A stretch of DNA of 64,000 nucleotides from an uncultured Nitrososphaeraceae archaeon (GTDB taxonomy: Archaea > Thermoproteota > Nitrososphaeria > Nitrososphaerales > Nitrososphaeraceae): positions 1 to 64,000 of the forward strand of contig CAWIMJ010000022.1 of assembly GCA_963837175.1 (NCBI GenBank). The letters run 5' to 3'. The stretch's first letter is position 1; each line of letters opens with the position of its first letter. The notes beneath the pieces were generated by a model, which was not told the origin of the DNA, did not search any database, and was given only the letters and a program-made list of their open reading frames with translations. Below, piece after piece: positions 1 through 10,299 of the stretch. Position numbers and translations under genes: made by a program.

Positions 1-113
1 AATCTCATTCTCTTCAACTAAATTTGTCTGTTTATTCTCCTGTTGTGCCAGTATTTCTTCTGGAAATAAAGTAGTAGTAGCAATAATGATTATTGTGATA
101 AAAATAACCTCCA
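1..113 (-). CDS. Partial exported protein running off the left edge (start uncertain)
   Basis: Open minus frame VEVIFITIIIIATTTLFPEEILAQQENKQTNLVEENEI resembles a signal peptide plus mature start. Confidence 0.3.
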
Positions 114-244
114 CTGTTATTATTAAGGATTTTCTATTGCGTCGGTCATCGGATAGTCTTGGTATCCTTTGTAAATATTAATGCTAAGAATATTGAAATA
201 AAAATTGGATGTTATGTCTGCTTTCGAGTTATCGGTCGGATTAT

Positions 245-739
245 TTATTGTTGATTATTTGTCACTACTACTATTTCTCCTTTCACAGATGGATCGGAAG
301 TAGAATAATAAGCATATTTTCCAGGCATAAGATTGTGTGCTACATATTCAATAAAGCCCCTAGGATTGATCAGACCCGTGTTGAATAATTTTCCTGAAAG
401 AGGATCAGTGGGCCCATTACCATTAGTGAAACTATGAGGAGAGGTAGCATTGTTTGCTATCAAGATTTCATCTCCCACCTTTATTGTTGTACTGGAAGGT
501 ATGTATACTGTTTTTCCATCTTTTCCTTCAGAAATTGTTATAACGGTTATAGGAGTAGAGGGGTTTGTAGTAGTAGAAGAGCTGGTATTAGCCGGAGAGC
601 TGACAAATGTTATATCTGTATTGGAATTCCAAAAGGAATTAGCATACGAAGCAAATACATTTGAGGACATAATTACAACAAATACCACTAAGACTGTTAC
701 TAATATCACAATTGGTGTAGGAGTAAGAAATTTATTCAT
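245..739 (-). CDS. Exported cupredoxin/plastocyanin-like protein with a degenerate type-1 Cu site
   Basis: Signal peptide, S/T linker, then YIPSSTTIKVGDEI..N....PHSFT..FNTGLI.PG.Y.Y..P..KGEIVV. The CxxHxxM ligand loop reads STSDPSV. Confidence 0.8.
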   Translation of the reverse strand: MNKFLTPTPIVILVTVLVVFVVIMSSNVFASYANSFWNSNTDITFVSSPANTSSSTTTNPSTPITVITISEGKDGKTVYIPSSTTIKVGDEILIANNATSPHSFTNGNGPTDPLSGKLFNTGLINPRGFIEYVAHNLMPGKYAYYSTSDPSVKGEIVVVTNNQQ

Positions 740-754
740 ATCTCTAATTGATAT

Positions 755-1207
755 CTATCTTAGGCTCTCTACTATTTTGGTTTTTCGTATCGTGGATATC
801 AAATATACTGACATGCCAATCATTATTACTTGAAGTGCTTTACTAACCATGTCTAGCTTGCCTATGTAATACTCTACTCCCACTATTGGAACACCTATTG
901 TTCTAGATGCTGCATACGTTGCAATTAATATAACAGATACTGCTGCTACAACAATGTATGGAATCTTACTTCTAATCTTTGTCTTAAGGATCCAAACAAA
1001 TAATCCAAGATATACAATTCCAGCACCTATAAAAAGAGTCATTTCAACTTGTTTTTCTTGTGTTTCACCTTGGATACCTACTTGCAGAAAATCAACCAAG
1101 TCACTATATTCTTGTGATGCGACTACAAAGTAGATTACAGCTGTTGATACAATTAGTGTTAATAAAATATATCTTATAATGGAGGATATAGACATCTTCC
1201 TCCACAC
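755..1207 (-). CDS. 4-TM membrane protein of unknown function
   Basis: Four hydrophobic segments, SRTIGVPIVG motif; 15 nt from the cupredoxin gene, probably an operon. Confidence 0.7.
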   Translation of the reverse strand: MWRKMSISSIIRYILLTLIVSTAVIYFVVASQEYSDLVDFLQVGIQGETQEKQVEMTLFIGAGIVYLGLFVWILKTKIRSKIPYIVVAAVSVILIATYAASRTIGVPIVGVEYYIGKLDMVSKALQVIMIGMSVYLISTIRKTKIVESLR

Positions 1208-1235
1208 TTATTATACATTTTATTTAAGTATTATA

Positions 1236-1248
1236 AGAACAAAGTTCT
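1236..1248. promoter_or_regulatory. Palindrome AGAAC-AAA-GTTCT, candidate operator
   Basis: Perfect 5-3-5 palindrome between divergent genes; near copy at 1887-1899. Confidence 0.4.
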
Positions 1249-1284
1249 CCCATGCACTAACTTTATTACTACATTATTTTTATA

Positions 1285-1680
1285 ATGTTCAACCAGATAC
1301 GGTCACTAATGAAAACTAACAATACAAATATTTTATCTACAATCTTGATAACTGGAACCATTGCAGGTTTGATATTAATGTCAAATATCGTTCTTTCTAG
1401 TGCAACACTACAGTCAAATGATAATACAAATACGACAGCAGCAAACTCTTCTAATGAACAAGTAATTAAGCAGATAGAGTCTGCTATTATGGCGATAAAA
1501 AGTGGAGACACTGACGGAGGAAGAAAACAGCTATTACAAACAGAGAAATCATTGGAAGGTGTTACATCTGCTGTTGATGCAGAGAAGCGTATAGAAGCAG
1601 CAATTAAGATATTAAAAGACGGTGACTCTAATGGTTCAATCAGTCAAGCTGAAGAAGCAAAGAGGTTATTAACTAGCTAG
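1285..1680 (+). CDS. Exported helical hypothetical protein
   Basis: N-terminal TM/signal; two repeated helical hairpins (IESAIMAIKSGD / IEAAIKILKDGD). Confidence 0.65.
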   Translation: MFNQIRSLMKTNNTNILSTILITGTIAGLILMSNIVLSSATLQSNDNTNTTAANSSNEQVIKQIESAIMAIKSGDTDGGRKQLLQTEKSLEGVTSAVDAEKRIEAAIKILKDGDSNGSISQAEEAKRLLTS

Positions 1681-1886
1681 TTTATGGGATGAGCAAAAAA
1701 GGAATTCTTTGAGTATTTTTGATAGTTGATTCTGTTACTAAATAAGTTATTATATACCTGCTACAGAGAATAAGAGAAGTAACTAGATAACAACTATATT
1801 TTTACCCATTTTCTTGTCGTTTTTAATTATTTAAAATTTTCTGCAAATTATAATAATTCTAAGATAGTGAAGCTTTTGTCTCACTA

Positions 1887-1899
1887 AGAATTAAGTTCT
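1887..1899. promoter_or_regulatory. Second copy of the AGAAY-N3-GTTCT operator-like motif
   Basis: 17/20 identity with 1234-1253; just upstream of a TATA-like ttatata and the 1948 gene. Confidence 0.4.
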
Positions 1900-1947
1900 C
1901 GCATATATTATATAGCCTAACAATGCATAATAAGATAATTGTGACTT

Positions 1948-2775
1948 ATGAATAATTTCCGGGATTTATATGACAATGGTCTACACTCTCCTATATTAGC
2001 AACTAAATATGCTCACGTAGCATCAAGCTTGATAGATACTCTAGGAAAAAATCTTATTCTTGTCATTGGTCTAATATTTGCGTTATTTGTCATAGCATTA
2101 TTAGATACATTACATACGACAGGATATACCGAAATAATACCAGACGCTGGATTTGATAGTATTATTACAATCTTTTCTGTGATTTTATTTGCTACAACAC
2201 TATATTTACTTAATAATTTATTGAAATCAAAAAGAATGTTAAGTTCTTGGGCGAAAACCTTTGAACGAAATTCCATAAGAGCAGGCATGAATATTGCTAT
2301 GACTAATAGGTCCAAAGAAGAAGCATTACATGCAATAGCAGAGACAGTGGAACAGATAGGAGAATCTTTGAGAAAATATATTTCATCGAAAGAAAACTAT
2401 AAGAATTTCCTAGACGCCAATATCAAGATCAACAACAACAAGAATGAGATATTATTTGATGTTCTAATAGATCAAGACCATATTAAAGATAATGTGAGTG
2501 GTAGTGATGATAGCGGAAGTATTGATCTTAAACAATCACTACAAGAATATGGTTCTATTATAATAAAAGTTATAGATGAAACAGTAGACAAAGATACTGT
2601 TGAATCTTTTTCCAAAGCACTTTCAAATTATATCTCACTAACAAAAAACAAGATTGGTTTGGCGGTAATTATAGGAGATGATATATCAAAAGACGCATAT
2701 AATATCGCAATGCAACATGAAAACAACAACATTAACTATATTATATTAGTTGAAAAACCTCTTACTATAATGTAA
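1948..2775 (+). CDS. 2-TM protein with a C-terminal Mrr/restriction-endonuclease-like fold
   Basis: Two TM helices, then FDVLI...IIIKV....VDKDTVESF...GLAVIIGDDISKDAY.IA.....IILVE, resembling the Mrr_cat pattern. Confidence 0.55.
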   Translation: MNNFRDLYDNGLHSPILATKYAHVASSLIDTLGKNLILVIGLIFALFVIALLDTLHTTGYTEIIPDAGFDSIITIFSVILFATTLYLLNNLLKSKRMLSSWAKTFERNSIRAGMNIAMTNRSKEEALHAIAETVEQIGESLRKYISSKENYKNFLDANIKINNNKNEILFDVLIDQDHIKDNVSGSDDSGSIDLKQSLQEYGSIIIKVIDETVDKDTVESFSKALSNYISLTKNKIGLAVIIGDDISKDAYNIAMQHENNNINYIILVEKPLTIM

Positions 2776-2820
2776 TAATATGTTTGTTAGTCAACTTCAA
2801 TATACTGACTGACAATTACA

Positions 2821-3147
2821 TTATATTGTATCATAACTGCTATTCTTTTGTGATTCGGCTGATCTTGCAAAATCAAGGAAGTCTTTAACCCATTTTGAAT
2901 ATGCATCTATTCCCTTATTTGTTACTTGATAAAAAGTAGAATCTGCAGAAGTCTTTATAGATTTTATAAATCCGTTTGATTCTAATATACTCATAATAGA
3001 CGACACTCTGTCTTGACGTTGCTGTCTAATTGCAGGTATCTTATTTATAATATGGTATTTGCTAATAGCAGTATTCAAATTTATACAGAAATATTCAAGA
3101 ATGGAGAGCATAGTATATTCTGTTGAAAATCTCTTTTTACCAGCCAA
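2821..3147 (-). CDS. Winged-helix transcriptional regulator
   Basis: LESNGFIK...FYQVTNKG wing motif, 108 aa. Confidence 0.75.
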   Translation of the reverse strand: MAGKKRFSTEYTMLSILEYFCINLNTAISKYHIINKIPAIRQQRQDRVSSIMSILESNGFIKSIKTSADSTFYQVTNKGIDAYSKWVKDFLDFARSAESQKNSSYDTI

Positions 3148-3346
3148 TTTAATTGTGCGACCTGAATTACTTTTTATCCAAATATCCTATCAAGACAATT
3201 ATATATCCTTTTTATAGCAATAATGATATGCATTATTCAATTTTAAGTAGCATGTTGCAGTTTAATTTATAGATATGTCTATGCCTCTTATAAATAAGTT
3301 ATAGCATATACAATTTATTAGCCATAACTTCCAGGGAAACCTGTAA

Positions 3347-3968
3347 ATGCTACAGAGAGGATATATAATCTTAATTGCAGGTGCTGTTTTAGTTGTTACA
3401 GGCATAATATTAACAGCAGTATATGGCATTGGTTTAGCTGGTTTAGTATTAAGCGAGAGTATCATTCTGAACATTGTTTCTATAAATCAATCAGCATCAG
3501 CAAATAGAACTTTGCAAATAACAGATACAGAACGCCCAATATTAATAGCATTGCATGTTGAATCTGAAAGATGGTGATGAAATACAAACACAATCGCAAC
3601 AGGCATCAAATGTCGCCATCATTGGAGAAGTAAGAAATCCAGGTGGAGTAGTAATAAATAAGAATCAGTTTAACAGCGGTAGTGACAACAATAAGAATGA
3701 TGATGATGGACTATTTACCACATTTAAGCCAGATGTACAAGGAGAATACACTCTTATCATTACTAACTTAGGCTCTAACCCAGTAAAGGTTGGAGGCATA
3801 TTTGGATATTTACCAATTATAGGAAATAATAATCAAGTTAATCTACAGCCTCTAAGTGGAATAATGGTAGGAATAATCTTATTCATCGTAGGAATAATAA
3901 CTCTGATTGTTGGCACAATAATAGCAGTATTAAATAGAAGAAGAAGACGGGTTCTAACTTCACAGTAA
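3347..3968 (+). pseudogene. Membrane-anchored hypothetical protein split by one frameshift
   Basis: ORFs 3347-3577 (N-terminal TM) and 3555-3968 (C-terminal TM plus RRRRR) join if one A is removed near 3568. May be an assembly error. Confidence 0.6.
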
Positions 3969-4027
3969 AATAAAAAATGTGTTTTAATAAATCTCCATGG
4001 TTCTTTATTTATTACTATCCGCATAAT

Positions 4028-4135
4028 GCAGATATTGAAACAGCTAAATCAAGTTACAAGAATGGAATATTAGAGATAACATTCAATAAAAAGGAGCAAA
4101 CAAAACCTAAAGGAAAAGAAGTCAGAGTAGAGTAA
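4028..4135 (+). pseudogene. C-terminal remnant of a small heat-shock protein (Hsp20)
   Basis: Translates ADIETAKSSYKNGILEITFNKKEQTKPKGKEVRVE*, with the alpha-crystallin NGIL and terminal VxV motifs; no 5' part. Confidence 0.75.
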
Positions 4136-4477
4136 AAATTTTTTTGAAAATAATTAAGATGACACTCCAAACAAATATACTTAATCTAGCAATAGTCAAG
4201 GCGTTATACTCATTGCTAAATAAAATATCTAAAAATGGCATATGTATCCTGGCAATGAAAGTAGACGATAGGTTAATGTACCATTTAGCGCGATTCTCTT
4301 TGATTATAAAATGCTCATGACTATACTGCCTAACATAATTTCGTATATCTTTTAAAACCAAGTAAAAGGATTTTTAAGCATAGTAAACCTTACATATTAA
4401 GAAAAATCTGTAAACTAACTTTTGTTAGTTAGTATACAACAAAGAATTAATTATATTATAAAATAAAATAATTAATA

Positions 4478-4906
4478 ATGCTTTCTAAGATATTAGTTCC
4501 AGTGGATGGTTCGGAAAACTCATTTAGAGCATTAGAACAGGCTATTTTTTTAGCAACAAAAATCCAAGAAGCACAAATTACAGTCTTGTATATAATAGAG
4601 GATCTGCCTTCTCTTTATATTTATTCACCAAAAACTATTGAAAAACTCCATGCAGATTATAAAAGCGAATCTGCGAAAATACTTGAAAGATGCAAAGAGA
4701 TGGCTAATAGGAGTGGAATAAATATTAATACTGTTCTTGAAGAAGGCGATCCTGCTTCCAAAATTATTGGATATAGTGAAATGAAACAATTTGATCTTAT
4801 AATAATGGGTAGCCGTGGTATGGGTAAATTTAAGGAATGGATAATTGGTAGTGTATCAAATAAAGTCCTACATCATGCAAAATCTTCGGTAATGTTAGTT
4901 AGATAA
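4478..4906 (+). CDS. Universal stress protein
   Basis: ILVPVDGSENS...DLIIMGSRG...GSVSNKVLHHA. Confidence 0.95.
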   Translation: MLSKILVPVDGSENSFRALEQAIFLATKIQEAQITVLYIIEDLPSLYIYSPKTIEKLHADYKSESAKILERCKEMANRSGININTVLEEGDPASKIIGYSEMKQFDLIIMGSRGMGKFKEWIIGSVSNKVLHHAKSSVMLVR

Positions 4907-5154
4907 AAAAAATCTATTAAATACTGAATAGAATGAACGCGCCTACCAGAAAGCTCAAATCCCTCTAAGACTACTTCAATAGTTCATTTCATACAAGCAA
5001 ATAAATAAACGATTACAGAATAATATATGGCTGTTTTACATTTTAGTGGAAATAGCACTATATTATGAAAAAAAGTTATTTTACTTGTGTATTAGTATTG
5101 TTTTCGTTCTATAATTCTTAAAAGTTTTGTTTAACACCAGTCTTGTGATAAAAG

Positions 5155-5598
5155 ATGAGCATTGAAGAGAAAAATATGGAATTAATGAGAACACTTGACG
5201 ATGCTTGGAATTCACAAGACTGGGATACATTTGAAGAACGGCATGCTGATAAAGTAGCAGTATATTGGCCAGGACAGCCAGAGCCAACAAGGGGGCTTCA
5301 TAACCATCGTGAAGAATCTATCGAGTTCTTTAAAATATTTCCAGACAACCACCTTGTAAACAATCCGTACAAGATCCTTTTTTCAAATGATGATTACACT
5401 TGCTCAGTAGCAGATTTCACAGGTACATTCAAAGGCCCAATGAAGGGTCTTGATGGGAAAATGATTCAACCTACTAACAAGAAATTTCATCTAGAGTTTT
5501 GCACTGTTGCCCAATGGAAGAATGGAAAAATTCTAGAAGAGAGGTTGTTCTATGATCAGGTTGGAATGTTAAGCAAATCGGTGCGATACAATAACTAA
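5155..5598 (+). CDS. SnoaL-like ester cyclase (NTF2 fold)
   Basis: FPDNH...FTGTFKGPM...PTNKKF...W.NGKI.EE..FYD. Confidence 0.85.
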   Translation: MSIEEKNMELMRTLDDAWNSQDWDTFEERHADKVAVYWPGQPEPTRGLHNHREESIEFFKIFPDNHLVNNPYKILFSNDDYTCSVADFTGTFKGPMKGLDGKMIQPTNKKFHLEFCTVAQWKNGKILEERLFYDQVGMLSKSVRYNN

Positions 5599-6147
5599 TA
5601 CAATAAATCGTTCAGCCCAGTGATCCACTTAGCATTATCTAACACCGTTGTCTATCTTCAGTGTTCACTTAATACCGTGAATTTCTCTTCTGTAGTATCT
5701 ACGATAATTTTCATATCTATGCGGAGCATTATACACATATGCTATTCAAACCGATTCAATAAGGAAGATTTTTTATATATTCAACGTATAAACTTTTTAA
5801 GGCTTATCATTTCTATATTTAATATATTTCCATCGATTATCATTATAAGTTCAGATGAAAAATAAGAAAATAAGTAGCAGTCACAATACTAACAATAGAA
5901 TTTCATCTGGACAAGCAATAATATTATAGCTGCAACAGGAACCACGAAATCAGAAGATGCATCAATACCATTATCGCATAGTGAAGATAGTAATAATAAG
6001 TCTGCCATAAATTTGCAACAAAAATAGTAGCAATAAGAGAAATTCTATTATGGAATCTGGTGCCAAATATTTGCTACTTGGCAAAGAAAAAAGAAAGAAG
6101 TTAATGGCTACTGACGTTCAAAGACGTCAAAAGACCTTGTAGGGTTC

Positions 6148-6741
6148 ATGGCACTAATGGTTGTATATCAGAGCATTCCCATTTTGGTACGAAATCCGCT
6201 GCCTGTAGGATTTGGAGGAGACGCGTTAAGTATAGCAAATGTTCAACTTCCCTATATGACAATATCTTTGATATTCTCATTTGCCTCTGGCTTCGTAATA
6301 TCCAAATTTGGAAATCTAAGACCCATTATACTAGGAACCATCGTTACTACTATAGGCTTTTTTATCCTTTTCTTGTTTCATTCAACAGAGGCCTCAATAG
6401 CTGCGATTCTTGTGTTAGTAGCTATTGGGTTAGCATTAATGCAGATTGGTTCGGTAAATGTCGTGCTGACTTCAACTTCAAAGCAATTCAGTGGGATATC
6501 ATTGGGAATGAATGTTCTGATTTACCTTATAGGATCCTCAGTGGGACCTGTGATTGCTGGAATATACATGCAAGCAAACCAGGTATTTGTAAAATCTGGT
6601 AGCATTTCGACCTCATTTCCATCTTTAGAGTCATATAATCTAATTTTACTTACGGCTACTTTAATTTCATTAGCGTCTATAGTATTTGCAATTTTTCTAA
6701 ATAGAAATTTGTCCAATCAAGTGAAGGTGTTGAAGAAATAG
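6148..6741 (+). pseudogene. C-terminal half of an MFS transporter (5'-truncated)
   Basis: About six TM helices of DHA2-like pattern; no N-terminal half upstream. Confidence 0.7.
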
Positions 6742-6752
6742 TATTTGCAATT

Positions 6753-7337
6753 TTATATTGAACTATTTGTCTGCCTCCAACTGAATACACCCTCCTCGTC
6801 AAGTGCACTTAGAAGGCTATCCAGATCCCAAGCGCCATTGTAAAGATCTCCATTGATAAAAAATGTTGGAGTACTTTTTACCCCACTGTTTTTACCACTT
6901 TGTATGTCCTCATCTACGTGGCGACTATATGTGAGATCGAGAAATTCACGATCGAATCTAGCAACATTTAATCCTAAGTTGGCAGCAGACCGTCTCAAAT
7001 TATCATCACTAGCTGCCAGCCCATGTTTGAATAAATAATCATACATCTCCCAGAACTTTCCTTGAGCAGCAGCAGTTTCTGCGGCTATTGCAGCTTTATA
7101 TGCGTGGGGGCGAACTTTGGTAAGGGGGAAATTACGGAATACAAAACGTAATTTACTTCCTAAACGTTCTTGAATTTCTTTTGTGATCATATAGGCCTGG
7201 CCGCAATATGGACATTCATAATCACCATATTCGACCAAAGTTAAAGGTGCAGTTACAGGTCCTTGAATATGATCCCTTGATTCACTTACAGGTAATGTCA
7301 GTTTTATGTTTTCTGCTGCTTTTCTTTTATTAGTCAT
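6753..7337 (-). CDS. DsbA-family thioredoxin
   Basis: EYGDYECPYC active site; GVKSTPTFFING. Confidence 0.9.
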   Translation of the reverse strand: MTNKRKAAENIKLTLPVSESRDHIQGPVTAPLTLVEYGDYECPYCGQAYMITKEIQERLGSKLRFVFRNFPLTKVRPHAYKAAIAAETAAAQGKFWEMYDYLFKHGLAASDDNLRRSAANLGLNVARFDREFLDLTYSRHVDEDIQSGKNSGVKSTPTFFINGDLYNGAWDLDSLLSALDEEGVFSWRQTNSSI

Positions 7338-7634
7338 GCTTATGTCTCATTATCACGTAGTTTAAAGATTTAAAGACGCCGTTGTAGATAACATTAACTT
7401 GATGTAGGTTTATTTTTTGGTCTTAATTTTTCAATGAGTATGACCAGCTCAAAAATAGGTGATAGCCTTTACATTTGTTATTATGTTTGTATAAATGGTA
7501 AGGCTTGAATTTTGGGACTTAATCTAGTCCACAAATAAAAATTTGTGGGAGACAACAGATATCAAAATACTTTACAGACTAAAAATAATCATCAACAACT
7601 CCGATCAACTATATCTGTTGATACCGACATCAAC

Positions 7635-8549
7635 TTACTGACGCTCCAACGCATGCCGATCCCACTTGGCACATATTGCCGCTGCTTCATAAGTGCTCTG
7701 CAGGAAAGACAACAAGACCTCATCAGGTGACTTCGAATTGCGGACCACATCATAAGGGAGCAGGAACTCTCCCATCTCTGTATGGTAGAACGCCTCCTTG
7801 GGCTGGATAGTATAGTCCTTGAAGCCCTGCGGCTCTGGATAGGCATAGGCGTAAAAAGCTGGTTCATTAACTGGACCTCCACCAGGCCAGAAACCGCAAC
7901 TGCTTACTTCATGCGAATAGGCCTCCACTGCCACAAAACGGGCCATATTTGGTGCGCCTGGATGGGAAGGCGCTGTACGTCCGGAAAAGCGCGTGACGGC
8001 TAGATCAAAGGCTCCCCAGAAAAAATGTACCGGGCTCACCTTGCCAATGAACCGGCAACGAAACTCAGTAAGTACCCTGCTGGCCTGCGCCAGTATGCGC
8101 CAGACCCGTTGTGCATATTCGGGATCATAGGACGCATGTTTTTGATCAAGCTCAAATGGTGTTCGATCCTGTACTTCAACTGGCGTGGTCCATATGGTTA
8201 CAGGCATCTCAAGCGATTCCAAGGCCGCCATTGTTTCTTGATAAAAATCGGCTACTGAACGTGGTCTGAGAGCAATTGACTTGGTAGAATAGTCAGTCGT
8301 TTGGATAAGTAGAAGATGATCAATAAAGTCGAAGTCTATCTGGAGGTATCGATCCTTGTAGTACATGGCGGATGTAGTGAGTCCGCGAGGTGTGATATAC
8401 AGAGTAGTATTCCACCAGTGGTTCACAGGTGGTGTGAGCGTGAGCCGGATCTTTCCGACGATTTGGGTCCATCTGTGCAGCGTCTCATAGGTGTCTTTCC
8501 ATTCGGATAACGGCAGTGCTGGCCATGGATTTGTACTCATTTGTTTCAT
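7635..8549 (-). CDS. DUF5996 family protein (GC-rich, probably of bacterial origin)
   Basis: TLHRWTQIVGK..NHWW, GKVSPVHFFWGAFDLAVTRFSGR, EAYSHEVSSCGFWPG motifs. Confidence 0.85.
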   Translation of the reverse strand: MKQMSTNPWPALPLSEWKDTYETLHRWTQIVGKIRLTLTPPVNHWWNTTLYITPRGLTTSAMYYKDRYLQIDFDFIDHLLLIQTTDYSTKSIALRPRSVADFYQETMAALESLEMPVTIWTTPVEVQDRTPFELDQKHASYDPEYAQRVWRILAQASRVLTEFRCRFIGKVSPVHFFWGAFDLAVTRFSGRTAPSHPGAPNMARFVAVEAYSHEVSSCGFWPGGGPVNEPAFYAYAYPEPQGFKDYTIQPKEAFYHTEMGEFLLPYDVVRNSKSPDEVLLSFLQSTYEAAAICAKWDRHALERQ

Positions 8550-8721
8550 CCTTTCTTGAACAAAACTCCCAACTCATGCATATAATGGTAATGATCATAT
8601 AAGAAAATATGAAAAAGAAGGTTTACTTGTGATCATGCTATTTTTGCGTGTTGAATTTTGGGTGAGTGTTGGTGGTGGTAGTAGTGGTAGAAGTGATAAT
8701 AATCAATCAATCAATCTTAAA

Positions 8722-9216
8722 CTACATAGCCTTGCTAAAATCCCATGCTGAGAAGAATTTTGGTGTAATTTCAATCACAACCTCGTTTCCATTTTTAGTA
8801 TTTTCTATTATCATCTTGGCAACAGGATGTTCAAGCGTACCCAGGTACTTTATGTTTATCTTTTCTACTATTGGCAAGTTCTTCTGCGTATCTTCAAATA
8901 TTCTTGCTACTCCTCTTCCCTTCACTCCCTTGTAAGGATATTTCTCCTCATCAATAGAAAAATAAATCTTGTCAGGATTTCTCAGAATATTCTTAATCTT
9001 CTTTGACATTTTTGAGGTGGCTGTGTATATCTTGCCGGATTCTTTGTCATAAAGGAACCATGCAGGCTGGATCATAGGATATCCTTCTTCGTCAATAGTT
9101 GCGATCTGTATGTTGAGTTTGCTTTGAAGAAATTCTTCAACTTCTGTCTCAGTGACAGATTTTGGCATGCCTGGAATAGCTTGGATGACTTTCAATGTAC
9201 GTCTTTTAAACGTCAA
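8722..9216 (-). CDS. Pyridoxamine 5'-phosphate oxidase-like (FMN/F420 split-barrel) protein
   Basis: IATIDEEGYP..P.WF, KKIKNILRNP, SAWDF. Confidence 0.85.
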   Translation of the reverse strand: MTFKRRTLKVIQAIPGMPKSVTETEVEEFLQSKLNIQIATIDEEGYPMIQPAWFLYDKESGKIYTATSKMSKKIKNILRNPDKIYFSIDEEKYPYKGVKGRGVARIFEDTQKNLPIVEKINIKYLGTLEHPVAKMIIENTKNGNEVVIEITPKFFSAWDFSKAM

Positions 9217-9373
9217 CTTTTGATATAAACATTGGGAGTAGGAAAAGAATATTCTTGGCGTGTGTGTATGTGTCTATGCCAGCGGCTAATAGAAGAATCA
9301 ACCCCGGCCCATTCCAATCTTGTCACTTTATTTAGACCGACTACAATAATATATGAAATTAGTTGTTGTCCAG

Positions 9374-9931
9374 CTATATGGGTGAACCCGTAAACAAGAA
9401 CAAGAACAATATTATTACTCCTACACTACCAACAGCAAGTCCTGGATATCCAATCAGCTTGTTCTTTGTAATTTCTGATGTGCCACCTAATCCTGCACCT
9501 ATAATTAGTAGTATAGTTATAAGCTCGTATGTTGTTATAATCTTTGAAGCTTCAGAAATATTGAGTAAAGACTTTTCATATGCACTATTCTCAACTTCTA
9601 CTTTATGTTGTAGATTTGCTAATGAACCTTCAACTGATTTATCACTATGCAGAGTATCAATATATGACTTGTATTTATGCAGATAATAATTGGCTTGATT
9701 GTGGATAGCATTATTATTTTGTAAGGTGATATTCATATTATCTATTTGAGACTGCAGTATTATTTCTCCTAATTTCTGTTCCTCATAATCATTCAACCAA
9801 TCATTAGATTTAACTAAGTGTGTAAGAGACTGAATTTGCATATCATCTTTTTTTAGACCATATTCAGATGCAGCAATAGTAGAATAAATAGCCAGAATCG
9901 ATACGGCTATGACAAATAGTGAGACAATCAA
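9374..9931 (-). CDS. Membrane protein, DUF4337-like (TM - coiled coil - 2TM)
   Basis: Topology and NDWLNDYE motif. Confidence 0.5.
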   Translation of the reverse strand: MIVSLFVIAVSILAIYSTIAASEYGLKKDDMQIQSLTHLVKSNDWLNDYEEQKLGEIILQSQIDNMNITLQNNNAIHNQANYYLHKYKSYIDTLHSDKSVEGSLANLQHKVEVENSAYEKSLLNISEASKIITTYELITILLIIGAGLGGTSEITKNKLIGYPGLAVGSVGVIILFLFLFTGSPI

Positions 9932-10299
9932 GAAAAACTTTGTAAGGTGATGATGAGGATGGTACTCATTATTATTATTACTGTGAGATGGATTTGATGA
10001 TATGTCTTATTACCTCGACGCAGAACGACTTTTAAATGTATTCTAACTAATTAATGTAATACAGATAGAGAAAATAAATGCATTGCTATTTAAAATATAA
10101 TATTTACATAGATACTGAGATACCCCTTACCGATACTGAAAGAATTCCCATGGATTTAAAATTATACATAAATCTAGGTTCCAATAATAAAATTGAATCT
10201 ACAGTATAAAGTGCTATATCAACATGAGACCCAATCACCGGCTAGGTATGATTAATCAACTCTGATGCCTATGAATAACAATAATCACCTTTTATTATC

